Source: a virus (taxonomy: Duplodnaviria > Caudoviricetes). From it: a stretch of DNA of 64,000 nt. The stretch lies in IMG/VR virus record IMGVR_UViG_3300040811_001959. One strand, 5' to 3'. The translations under genes were made by a program, and so were the position numbers. Shown here one piece after another: positions 38,256 through 47,729 of this stretch; position 1 is the first letter of the stretch, and each line of letters begins with the position of its first letter. The notes beneath the pieces are model-generated. The model had not been told where the DNA came from, ran no database searches, and saw nothing but the letters and a program-made list of their open reading frames with translations.

Positions 38256-39117
38256 TTAAAATACCTTTAAGAATTTTAATTACTTTGATTGGATCAATCT
38301 CTACAAATTCTACTGTATCAGATTGAAAATTATGATGCAACAAATGCCCTATTTGGGTAGGATTTGTTATTGTACTCCATAAAACTACACCAGGCGTAGG
38401 CGATATTTTGTTGCAAGCCATATGCTGTATACAACTATCTATAGATATAAATGAGCTGCAATTATTTACTAACTCTTGAATTGTTAATAAAGGTTCATCT
38501 TCAACCGTGCAAATTCTATCCAACGTGTCAATTCTTGGATCATACTTATCGTTTTTTACCTTTACACACATAAAAAAATAATCTGGAAAAGCATCATGGA
38601 TAGCTTTAATAAAATCATATTCTTTTCTATAATTTCTAAATACCATTATATCATGTCTATCCTCTCCGTTATTAGTATTTCCGCCTTTTAATTGAAATAT
38701 GATATACTTTTTTCCTATTTTTTTTGTAACCTGTTCATAAAATGTACGGGCTGTTTCATCTGTGTAAATTTCTACAAAATCTTGATAGTTTTCAATATCT
38801 AAATTCAAACCTTTTCTCCAACTAGTCAATATATGCTCATCTTCAAATAAGTAATCAGATCTGTAAGGTTCAAAATAAGTTATACTGGTAAAATAATTCT
38901 TCATTACCGTAACATTTGGCAAGGCCATACTTAGAGAAGATGCAACAAGTGGATGATTTATAAATAAATTAGGGTATGGTGAACTAATAGAAATTTTTGA
39001 TTCATGACGATTATAGAGATCTTTTATTAAATTGCTAAACAAAACACACTTGCCTACACCATTCTGTATCATGTACAAAGGTGTTTTATTTTCAGGAAAT
39101 ATTTGTGGAATAATCAT
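38206..39117 (-). CDS. Glycosyltransferase family 9-like protein
   Basis: NGVGKCVLFS, YIIFQLKGG, FISIDSCIQHMA...GVVLW. Confidence 0.65.
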   Translation of the reverse strand: MIIPQIFPENKTPLYMIQNGVGKCVLFSNLIKDLYNRHESKISISSPYPNLFINHPLVASSLSMALPNVTVMKNYFTSITYFEPYRSDYLFEDEHILTSWRKGLNLDIENYQDFVEIYTDETARTFYEQVTKKIGKKYIIFQLKGGNTNNGEDRHDIMVFRNYRKEYDFIKAIHDAFPDYFFMCVKVKNDKYDPRIDTLDRICTVEDEPLLTIQELVNNCSSFISIDSCIQHMACNKISPTPGVVLWSTITNPTQIGHLLHHNFQSDTVEFVEIDPIKVIKILKGILNGKNQSMVPKTQYQQK

Positions 39118-39119
39118 AA

Positions 39120-39761
39120 CTATCTAAATTTTGGACCTCCGTACCAGCAAATAAAAGCTCTGCGTGTACCAGCTGTTATTTTATTCACTTTATGGATTGC
39201 AAATGTTGGAAATAAAAGCACACTACCTTGAAGCTTTACATTGTTCGGTTGTGCAATATTTAAATGTTCTTCTACAATGGTCTCACCTCCATCATAATCT
39301 TCTTCGTTTGATAACTGAATTATAAAAGTTAATTTTCTATCATGATGATGATTATCCCAATGATTTGTATCATCGTGTGTATCAAACCAATCATCAATAT
39401 CATATTGCATCAATTGTTTAGATAAGCAGCCATAACTTATATCTAGATGAAAACAATCTCTGTTAGCCATTAAAGCAATTTTATCTAATTTTGCATCTAA
39501 CCAATCAATCTCATTTTCCAAGAACATGTGTTTCCTAGACCTTTTTTCTCTAAAATATTTATACCACGGACTTTCTTCGTTATTTACTATTTCTATGAAA
39601 ACATCTTCATTTTTCCAATATGACCAAATTTTATCACATTCTTCTTTTGTAAAAATATTTTCTTTAAAATAGTAAGGTTGTCTACTACCGTTTGAATCAG
39701 AAAAAACTCTTTGCTTTGTTTCTTTTGAAGCTTTTGCTATGTCATTAGGTTCATATATCAT
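39120..39761 (-). CDS. 2OG-Fe(II) oxygenase (prolyl-hydroxylase/PKHD type), intact triad
   Basis: THDD...RKLT...YDGGE...FPTFAIHKV...GTR...GGPKFR. Confidence 0.88.
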   Translation of the reverse strand: MIYEPNDIAKASKETKQRVFSDSNGSRQPYYFKENIFTKEECDKIWSYWKNEDVFIEIVNNEESPWYKYFREKRSRKHMFLENEIDWLDAKLDKIALMANRDCFHLDISYGCLSKQLMQYDIDDWFDTHDDTNHWDNHHHDRKLTFIIQLSNEEDYDGGETIVEEHLNIAQPNNVKLQGSVLLFPTFAIHKVNKITAGTRRAFICWYGGPKFR

Positions 39762-40384
39762 CTAAATTTTGGTCCAATAATATGAGAGATTAATATATAC
39801 TTCGTTCCTTTTGTAATAGGAGCAATCTTGTAAAAATAATAAGCAGGTAATATACATAAAGATCCCTGTGAAAGAAATTTTTGCGGAATAGGAACTGTGC
39901 TATGAAATTCAACAATTTCACCTCCTACAATATCTTCGTCATTTAAAAATAATAAAAGACTCAACTTATTATCGTAAGGTTTTTCATTGTTCCACCACTC
40001 GCAATCATGGTGCCAATTTATAAACTGGTCTTTTTCAAATTTACACAGATATAGGTTTTCTACATTCATAAGATCTAGCATAAAATTTTTATTGGCATCT
40101 GCGCCAACTTCGTTGAAAATTTTTTCTAAAAATTTATAATCTTCTGGGAAAAAATTTTTCTTTAGTGAGATAGAAAAGAAATTACCAAAATCGTTATTGA
40201 TATGATTATATCCGCCTTTTTCAAATTTGGTTATTATCTCTTTACAAGCGTTTTCACTAAAAAGTTTTTCATAAATTACAAATGGAGATTTTTTGTAATT
40301 TATAGGAGAATAATCAGTTACCTTGCCAAATATAGGAGGGTAAGGCGATCCTGGTTCTCTTGCATCTTGAATATTTACACCCAT
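39758..40384 (-). CDS. 2OG-Fe(II) oxygenase paralog, distal His replaced
   Basis: WHHD...NKLS...GGE...LPAYYFYKIAPITKGTK...IGPKFR. Confidence 0.75.
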   Translation of the reverse strand: MGVNIQDAREPGSPYPPIFGKVTDYSPINYKKSPFVIYEKLFSENACKEIITKFEKGGYNHINNDFGNFFSISLKKNFFPEDYKFLEKIFNEVGADANKNFMLDLMNVENLYLCKFEKDQFINWHHDCEWWNNEKPYDNKLSLLLFLNDEDIVGGEIVEFHSTVPIPQKFLSQGSLCILPAYYFYKIAPITKGTKYILISHIIGPKFR

Positions 40385-41718
40385 GACGGTCTCCGTATAT
40401 CTCCTTGAATATCAACAACTTTTTTTCCTGTTAATAGTTTTATAGCTCCAAACATAATTCCTAAATTATAGGCATACTCATTCCAGCAAGTTTGAGCAAA
40501 CTCTTTTCCAGTAAGAAACATACAGGACCCTTTGCATAATTGTAAAACAGGACAATGTGTACATTCGTTTCTCCAGGACCAATGCCTGCTAGATTTAATT
40601 CTAACGGCATCAAAATTGTCAAGATGACCAGCAAGGTGTTTGTTTTCCAAACCTACATTTTGGCATGTGAGTACATTACCTTTTAAATCTAGAGCTAGTT
40701 CATCGTCTTGATCCATTCCACATTTTTGCCCAAGAAACTCTGCATCTTTTTTATATAATAAAGAACCATACCATTCGTTAATTTTTTCTACAATACCTAC
40801 AACTTGTAATAATGGTTGCTTACCTTCTACTATCCCGTTGTATATTTTTTCTCTAAAATCATAAACATACTTTTGATCAAATTTTCCAGTTTTATCATTT
40901 AGTGCAGTTTTTAAATCGTAGGCTTCGACAACTCCTTCACAATTAATATTAACATCGGTTCCAAATTTATCTCTAAACCATTTTACAGTTTGATCGTAAT
41001 CATCATTTTCTTTTGTCCAAACAATTGAAAAAGCAAACCCAAGTTCTTGTTTTTTATCAGCTTCTATTAATTGTTTTACAAATTCAAACTTTTTAGGATT
41101 ATCTAATGGATCAGGCCCTCTAAGATGATATCCGGGTCCGTCATGTGACATTGCTAAATTAAATCTATATTTTTTAAAAAAATCAATTTTTTCTTGTGTT
41201 AACAAACTTCCATTTGTAACCATCGTAAATTCAATATCTTCATCACATTTTTCTTTTAAAAAAGGTACTAATTTTTTTATTTTTTTCCAATAAAGTAGCG
41301 GCTCGCCGCCCCAAAGTTCCACCATTGTACAAGATGATAAATCAATACTATTTTCTAAATTATGCATAAAAACATCTGTATCATTTTCATCTGTACGAGA
41401 TGCAGCAGGAACAAAAGATGCTTGACTACAATATTCACATTTATAATTACATTTTAATCCCAACTGAATTTTAATTCTACTTGGGTTTTTTAATTTTTTT
41501 CCAGGATTAAAAAAAGGATGAATAGGATTTACATTAGTTTGATGAGGATAATCTTTAGGACTATATACATACATTTCATTGATTTTTTCAATACCGATTG
41601 GATTTTTTTCATATAAATTTTGACCGTCGGCATTAGTAAGTAAACTTTTATATGGATAATAAAAAAATTCTTCCCCGTCGTCGCAAATTAGTGTATAAAC
41701 AAGATTTTTATTTTTCAT
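40375..41718 (-). CDS. Radical SAM/SPASM-domain enzyme
   Basis: CNYKCEYC, WGGEPL, TNGS, SHDG; KCGM...TCQ...CTHCPVLQLCKGSC SPASM-type cysteines. Confidence 0.92.
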   Translation of the reverse strand: MKNKNLVYTLICDDGEEFFYYPYKSLLTNADGQNLYEKNPIGIEKINEMYVYSPKDYPHQTNVNPIHPFFNPGKKLKNPSRIKIQLGLKCNYKCEYCSQASFVPAASRTDENDTDVFMHNLENSIDLSSCTMVELWGGEPLLYWKKIKKLVPFLKEKCDEDIEFTMVTNGSLLTQEKIDFFKKYRFNLAMSHDGPGYHLRGPDPLDNPKKFEFVKQLIEADKKQELGFAFSIVWTKENDDYDQTVKWFRDKFGTDVNINCEGVVEAYDLKTALNDKTGKFDQKYVYDFREKIYNGIVEGKQPLLQVVGIVEKINEWYGSLLYKKDAEFLGQKCGMDQDDELALDLKGNVLTCQNVGLENKHLAGHLDNFDAVRIKSSRHWSWRNECTHCPVLQLCKGSCMFLTGKEFAQTCWNEYAYNLGIMFGAIKLLTGKKVVDIQGDIRRPSWV

Positions 41719-41850
41719 TCTATAATCCTATAAACGTAAGAAATTCGAGAATCAACTGAATATGCATGAGTGCATATAATTTTCTTTGTACTAGTTAATG
41801 TTGACTCGTACTCTCTATTGTTTTTTTGCGTAAAATTAATTTTACATTTT

Positions 41851-43500
41851 TTATATTTTAGAAGCAAGCTCATATTTTTGTTGATATAATTGAATTGTAA
41901 GACTATTTGATAACAATTGTTCTTTAAACTGCTGGAATAAATCTTTGGCAATTAGATAATTTTCTTCACTACAAAAATCTAATACATCATTGTTTTGTAA
42001 TAATTCTTTTCTTTTTTCAATATCATAAAGTTTATTATGAAAAACAGGAACCAAAAAATCATATTCATTAATAAAATTAAAAAGTTTATTTTCGGTATGG
42101 TAATAGACATGAAAAAAACGCCAGTAATTTATTTTAAAAGACATTGTTTCGTCTATTCCTGTTGTAATTTCAGTAGAATTTGGATTATATATATTTTTAC
42201 AATCTTTCCAAAAATTAGCAGAATTATTAGTCCAAGTATATAATAAAGACAAATCTGAAATTTCTTTAAAAAAATTAGAGTAAGTTTCATTAAATTCTAA
42301 AGTTTTCAACATCAATGTTTCTTCATCTATACTAAAACAATCATCTTCCGTGTCGTTATCGCTTTCAATTAAAATATTAATTAGCGATTCTATCTGTTTT
42401 ACAATTAGATTTAAGGGATCAATAAAAATAGGTTCAATAATCGATGAAGCATTACCTAACGCTATGCAATTTTTGTTAAGAATTTTATCTATTGATCCTA
42501 TGTTTAAATCTATAATTTGATATTTCTCAATTTTCAAATTAAGATGATTTTCTAACTCTGACAGCGCATCTTCGTCACTGATATAATTTTGTGCATAAAC
42601 ATAAGAATACCTTGTGCAGTTTTGTAATGGAATTTGATATACATAACCTGCTGATAAAGGATAAAAATCTTTCCAAATTTTTTCTAATGCAATATCACTT
42701 TCATATGAAATTACTTTATTCACTTTATGCGTAGGAAATAACCAAAAATTATAAAAAGAAAAATTTGTAACAACATCTCTATGAATTCCTGTGCAATCTA
42801 TAACAAAATCACAGTCATAAACATCATTTGTTCCTTTAACTTGGATAATAGTTTCGTCTTCTTCTTGAATTAGTTGTTGGTAATAATCGTCTATTACCTC
42901 AACATCTTGCTGTAAAGCTAATCTTTTAATATATGGCAATAGTTTTTCACTTGTGTAGGTGATTGCAATTGATCTGTCTTTATTGTCAAATAAATTCATT
43001 AAACTAGCAATATCTAAATCTGGAATTTTATCTTCGGTAAAAAATGATGTAATTTCTGAAAAATTAATTTTTTTTTCGTCATTTAATAGTCTATTAAGAT
43101 AGGATCGTTTCCATGTCTTATTAAACTTCTCGACTTCATCATTTGGATCTATTTCATCTTGATCAGCGTTGTCTTCAGTTTTTTCTGGCCAATGAATTTC
43201 ATCAATTTTCATAAAATTCATAGAATTACTATGTACAAAAATTTCGTCTGTAGTATTCCAATTATTATACCTTGACCCAAAGTTAATAACTCCTTGGGTT
43301 TCTTGGAATAAGTCTTTTATGTCTAAATATTCAATTAAGTTTTTTGTAAGGTATAAAGTTCCTTCTTGTATATCATTACCTTCAAGAATAGGCTGATTTA
43401 TAATTTTAATTTCAAGAAATGGTAATTGCGTTTTTAATATATAAGCGGTTAACCAACCTTCAAGACCTGATCCAACAATAATGATCTTTTTTAATCTCAT
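41851..43500 (-). CDS. Tryptophan-halogenase-fold flavoprotein, atypical
   Basis: IVGSGLEGWLTA, FVIDCTG, GYVYQIPLQN, ALGNASSIIEP. Confidence 0.72.
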   Translation of the reverse strand: MRLKKIIIVGSGLEGWLTAYILKTQLPFLEIKIINQPILEGNDIQEGTLYLTKNLIEYLDIKDLFQETQGVINFGSRYNNWNTTDEIFVHSNSMNFMKIDEIHWPEKTEDNADQDEIDPNDEVEKFNKTWKRSYLNRLLNDEKKINFSEITSFFTEDKIPDLDIASLMNLFDNKDRSIAITYTSEKLLPYIKRLALQQDVEVIDDYYQQLIQEEDETIIQVKGTNDVYDCDFVIDCTGIHRDVVTNFSFYNFWLFPTHKVNKVISYESDIALEKIWKDFYPLSAGYVYQIPLQNCTRYSYVYAQNYISDEDALSELENHLNLKIEKYQIIDLNIGSIDKILNKNCIALGNASSIIEPIFIDPLNLIVKQIESLINILIESDNDTEDDCFSIDEETLMLKTLEFNETYSNFFKEISDLSLLYTWTNNSANFWKDCKNIYNPNSTEITTGIDETMSFKINYWRFFHVYYHTENKLFNFINEYDFLVPVFHNKLYDIEKRKELLQNNDVLDFCSEENYLIAKDLFQQFKEQLLSNSLTIQLYQQKYELASKI

Positions 43501-44198
43501 GCTTCCTCAATTTTTTGTATTATATCGTTGATATCCTTCAATGAATGTGATATCGGTACGTTTGATAATTTATTATGTAGATTCAAATTATTTTTCTTTA
43601 TATCAGTATTATCATTTTTTAAAAGTCTAGTCATATTAATTTTATTTCTTACCTTATTATAAAACATTACAAGGAAAATAGGATAGTATGTCATATTTTT
43701 ACAAAAAAAAGCTTCTTGCTGGAAAAATAAAAAATCACCAGGATTAACAACACATTTTGAAATATTTTTATTATCACTGGTATAATATATAGATTCTATA
43801 TTTAAAGGAACTAGACAAAAATTATCAGAATATTTTAAAAGTTTTGTTTTTCTAAACCTTTCCGGAGTAACTATATTTTTAATACCATTGTCAATATAAT
43901 CTAGACTTGTTGATAAATCAAGAAATTGGATATCTTCTAAATATATGTCAGTATTAATTTGCAAAATATTATTGTAAATGGTTCTAATGATATCAATTAT
44001 AGGATCAATACAAAAAATAATTGAATAACTATTTGTTTCTGTAATTTTTCTGACAATACCATTAGCAAGTAGTCGCACGTCATCTAATTCCTGTTGAATT
44101 CTATGTTTATTAAAATCATGAACTGACCTTATTATATCAAAAAAATATTTAAGACGTGTTACATCTTTTTTAGATAACAATTGTTTTTCATATAGCAT
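43497..44198 (-). CDS. Hypothetical protein, possible degenerate jelly-roll
   Basis: 233-aa ORF in cluster; LVPL...PGDFLFF. Confidence 0.45.
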   Translation of the reverse strand: MLYEKQLLSKKDVTRLKYFFDIIRSVHDFNKHRIQQELDDVRLLANGIVRKITETNSYSIIFCIDPIIDIIRTIYNNILQINTDIYLEDIQFLDLSTSLDYIDNGIKNIVTPERFRKTKLLKYSDNFCLVPLNIESIYYTSDNKNISKCVVNPGDFLFFQQEAFFCKNMTYYPIFLVMFYNKVRNKINMTRLLKNDNTDIKKNNLNLHNKLSNVPISHSLKDINDIIQKIEEA

Positions 44199-45855
44199 TA
44201 TTACTTGCCCTTAATCGTTTGAATGGAACATGTTCTATATAAGTTTCAAAGTATTCTCCATTTTTTGATGTAATTTGTCCTACATTACCATAGTTCGGAG
44301 TCTCTAAAATTAATAAATTTAAAAATTCATCAAAAGTAAAATAGCCATTAAAGTAAAAATTTTCTTTTACATTAATTTCAAGATATAATGCTAACCTATC
44401 AAACACGTTGCTGCTTGAAAAATCAAAATCAAATGCAGTAATGTTACCAAGTTGAGCTGCTAAAATTATATAATCAATTACACTATTTGGGTCTTTGTCG
44501 TAGGAATTGCCAAAAGTAATTTCATTATTAAAATCTGTACTAAAACTAGGTACTTTATCATTAAAATTAGTTTTTAATGTATCTGGTGTATTATTAAAAA
44601 TTCCATAACCTTGCAAATTGTTATCCTGCAATAAATAAAAACTAAATTTCTTAAGATTTTTGTTAAAATTTTCCCATTTATGTTGAAGTGAATCAATGTA
44701 TTGATATAAATTTGCTGGATCGATTATGGAAGAATTAATCGTTGATACAATTGTATCTATATAAATATTAGCTGCCACTAACTCTTCGTTAAATATAGGA
44801 TTCAAACCTAATTTTTCTAAATTAAATTCTATATAATTAGAATGATTTAGATCATTAATTAAAAAATTATTTTGAAGTGTATTAATATTATTGACATTAT
44901 TGCTAAATGATATTTTTTTTGCATAATCTTGATATTTTAAAATTTTAACAAATTTATTATCTAAAAGCTGGTTATTATAGATTGCTGGTTCAAGAAAATC
45001 AATTTGTTCATCTTCATAACCAGAAAAAATTATTGTAGGATTTGTAGTAGTAAGTTCTTTATCACTTTCTATAAAATTATTAAAAAATAGATTATTTATA
45101 CCTGTATTAATCACCAAATCTACATTAAAAGATTGACTACTAGTCGTAATTTGTGTTATATTTTTTTTATTTTTTCCATCTAATACTGGTAGGATTTCAG
45201 TTGATCCATCTACTATATTATCAGTTATAATGTCTAACCCTAATTCTGATATTTTGTTATCTAGAAGAAGAGCAAGATTATCTAAATCATAACATCCTGG
45301 CATTCTAAACCATAAAGGACCTGCAGATCCTTCGGTTAGAAATTTGCCGGTGAGATGATATAAATTATCATTATTTTTATATAAATCATATGGAAAGATT
45401 GTAAGCACATCAAGGATATTTTTATTTTTTTGTAGTAGATATTCTATAAAAGCTTGATATTTTCTTTCTGTTGAATCAAATTTTAAAAAATCATATTTTG
45501 TACAATAATAGTTTAATAAACTAAATTGTAACTGTGTCATCCTAGCTGGTAATATTATCTCATTTTCTATTATACCTTCAAAAGAAATTCCATGCCCGAC
45601 TGTGCTCTTTGTTTGTGTAAAAATCTCTGCAACGCTTATATTACAATGTTTAAAAAACAACGAAGGAAAGGAATATTGTTCAGCTACAGGTAGATATTGA
45701 TTTGAAATTATTTGTGTTCTGAAACTTTCATTATTAGTAAATAATATTGGATTACTTTGCGGATTATTTATCTTCAAGGATAATGCAATCACCTTTGCAG
45801 CAAATGTATTTCCTAATACTGCAATATTTTTTATTGCCATTTTGATCCTATACAA
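44188..45855 (-). CDS. Highly degenerate halogenase-fold protein
   Basis: IAVLGNTFAAKVIA, STVGHGISF, DLVINTG; same length class as its neighbour. Confidence 0.5.
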   Translation of the reverse strand: MYRIKMAIKNIAVLGNTFAAKVIALSLKINNPQSNPILFTNNESFRTQIISNQYLPVAEQYSFPSLFFKHCNISVAEIFTQTKSTVGHGISFEGIIENEIILPARMTQLQFSLLNYYCTKYDFLKFDSTERKYQAFIEYLLQKNKNILDVLTIFPYDLYKNNDNLYHLTGKFLTEGSAGPLWFRMPGCYDLDNLALLLDNKISELGLDIITDNIVDGSTEILPVLDGKNKKNITQITTSSQSFNVDLVINTGINNLFFNNFIESDKELTTTNPTIIFSGYEDEQIDFLEPAIYNNQLLDNKFVKILKYQDYAKKISFSNNVNNINTLQNNFLINDLNHSNYIEFNLEKLGLNPIFNEELVAANIYIDTIVSTINSSIIDPANLYQYIDSLQHKWENFNKNLKKFSFYLLQDNNLQGYGIFNNTPDTLKTNFNDKVPSFSTDFNNEITFGNSYDKDPNSVIDYIILAAQLGNITAFDFDFSSSNVFDRLALYLEINVKENFYFNGYFTFDEFLNLLILETPNYGNVGQITSKNGEYFETYIEHVPFKRLRASNNAI

Positions 45856-46379
45856 AATGCAAACAAGTATTTTAATTGTGGTACAGAAACAGTATCAATT
45901 ATATATTTTTGAAAGCTGTTAAATACTACAATGGCACCAGTTTTTTGATAAAAAATCTTATCAATCTCACTTTGACTTCCATTAGGTGCGATTAGTTTAA
46001 TTTTTCCACCAGCAATATCTGGATCAAAAGGAGGATTTAAATTTATGATAGCTACAAGTTTTCTATCATAATAATTCTGCACCCAATGGTTTAATTCCAT
46101 TCGTTCTGAAAATGATCCGTCTTTTGAATATGATTCTAATCTAATTGCATCGATGCTATTAATTGAATAACCAAAATTATTATTATTTGCTTTTTGGAAA
46201 TAATAATAAATTGCATCTTCTATATCAGAAATGTAACCACCACCGTACCATTTGACATCTACATTTTTACCTTTACCACTAGATAGATTACTTTTAACTT
46301 GTAAATTTTCAATAATATTTAGAAATTCTGGTACTACATTTTCAACAGCACCAGGAAAGGTTATATGATCGTAAAGCAT
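45831..46379 (-). CDS. 2OG-oxygenase paralog lacking Fe ligands
   Basis: RKLVAIINL...GG...IVVFNSFQKYIID...IGSKWQ. Confidence 0.6.
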   Translation of the reverse strand: MLYDHITFPGAVENVVPEFLNIIENLQVKSNLSSGKGKNVDVKWYGGGYISDIEDAIYYYFQKANNNNFGYSINSIDAIRLESYSKDGSFSERMELNHWVQNYYDRKLVAIINLNPPFDPDIAGGKIKLIAPNGSQSEIDKIFYQKTGAIVVFNSFQKYIIDTVSVPQLKYLFAFCIGSKWQ

Positions 46380-46384
46380 AATAT

Positions 46385-46972
46385 TTATTTCAATTTAGGA
46401 CCTACAATATCGAATGTAAGAACTTGCATAGCTCCTTGTAATAATGGATTTATTTTTATAGGTACAAAAGATGGATAAATTAACAAATTACCTTGCTCAT
46501 TATAATATTTAGGTAGTGATATGCCATATAAAGGGTCTACTAAGAATTGCCCACCTTCATATTTTTGTTTATCACTTAGAAAAACATAACCAGTTAGTTT
46601 TTGGTCACAGGACTCATTTGAAAAAAAATCTAATCTTGAATGGTATCCGTACTCACAACCTTGCTGGAAGGTTATTAATCTTGGATCGTTTTCAAATCCC
46701 CAAATTTCATATCCATAATTTCTAGTATTGCAATCAAAAATATATTTTAATATTTTTTCTTCTAAATGCAGTTGATTTTCAATTGTGTAAGACTCAAAGT
46801 TTTGTTTAGGTGTTCTCGGATTTGTAACTGGATTGGGTTCTATGTTGACAATATCATTGTCGATTTGCAATTCGCAAATTTCAGCGCATTCGTCGCTATA
46901 GAATATTTTAGGATATATAGTAAAACATTCTTTTTTAAGAAGAGAAGAATAGTCATATTCCATTATATTCAT
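46385..46972 (-). CDS. 2OG-oxygenase paralog with degenerate triad
   Basis: YGYHSRLD...QKLT...YEGG...IYPSFVPIKINP...VGPKLK. Confidence 0.65.
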   Translation of the reverse strand: MNIMEYDYSSLLKKECFTIYPKIFYSDECAEICELQIDNDIVNIEPNPVTNPRTPKQNFESYTIENQLHLEEKILKYIFDCNTRNYGYEIWGFENDPRLITFQQGCEYGYHSRLDFFSNESCDQKLTGYVFLSDKQKYEGGQFLVDPLYGISLPKYYNEQGNLLIYPSFVPIKINPLLQGAMQVLTFDIVGPKLK

Positions 46973-46987
46973 TATAACTCTTTATGT

Positions 46988-47695
46988 TTATAGGTTTTCT
47001 ATTTTTTCTAATAAAATCGGAATTTGTTCAATGTAAATTAAACCCTTTAATTTATTTCCGTCTTTTTCTAGAATATTTATTAGGTCTGGTAAAATATTTT
47101 CTGCCTCTTGAGCAAATTGATCTAGCAAAACTTTTTCATCGTCAGTAATATCATTGTCATTTTCTATCAAACTTTCAATATCAAGCCCTTTATCTATATA
47201 ATCTATTATAATCTCTTGTAAAGATTTTAATTTTTCTACGCTAAGTTGATCTATAATAAATCCATCGGAGTCTTTTCCTAAATTAAATGAACATTTACAT
47301 TTACCACACCAACATTTACAAGCACATTTGCATTTACATTGGCACTTGCATGCACATTTGCATTTACATTGGCACTTGCATGCACAAAGGCACTTGCACT
47401 TACACTTGCACTTGCATTTGCATTTGCACTGGCACTTGCATTTGCAATTGCAGTTGGTTGTATATTCTATCCTTAGTGTACCTTCTGATCCTGCTACATT
47501 ATTCCGTATTTGATAAATTTTGTTAATAGCAGCGCCGGTAAATGGACCATTGCTAGGAGTTGGAACTAGAGACACTCCATTTAATAACCAACTTGGACTC
47601 ACAAAAGAAGCAGGAATAGTTGTAGGATCTACATTACTAATATCAATTTTATCTGCCGGATCACCTACAACGGTATTTCCAATTTTTAATGCCAT
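46988..47695 (-). CDS. Protein with central alternating Cys-Xaa tract; candidate radical SAM substrate
   Basis: Residues 82-135 contain 27 Cys; acidic C-terminal domain; GAGG SD and TAAATA box upstream. Confidence 0.8.
   Translation of the reverse strand: MALKIGNTVVGDPADKIDISNVDPTTIPASFVSPSWLLNGVSLVPTPSNGPFTGAAINKIYQIRNNVAGSEGTLRIEYTTNCNCKCKCQCKCKCKCKCKCKCLCACKCQCKCKCACKCQCKCKCACKCWCGKCKCSFNLGKDSDGFIIDQLSVEKLKSLQEIIIDYIDKGLDIESLIENDNDITDDEKVLLDQFAQEAENILPDLINILEKDGNKLKGLIYIEQIPILLEKIENL
47291..47452 (-). repeat. Cys-Xaa codon repeat including a 30-bp tandem duplication (47322-47386)
   Basis: TGY-NNN periodicity; CACKCQCKCK unit duplicated exactly. Confidence 0.95.
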
Positions 47696-47729
47696 TATAA
47701 CCTCTGTTTGAATTATTTATCTTTATGAT

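Noticed and set aside
47322-47386. CRISPR-like 30-bp repeats
   Set aside because: Head-to-tail with no spacers, in frame within a CDS; no cas genes. The exonuclease at 23676 is a common phage PD-(D/E)XK enzyme.
47287-47526. Plus-strand His-Leu and Ile/Cys repeat ORFs (47328-47513, 47287-47526)
   Set aside because: Antisense shadows of the Cys-Lys tract; no SD or promoter, and opposite to the operon direction.
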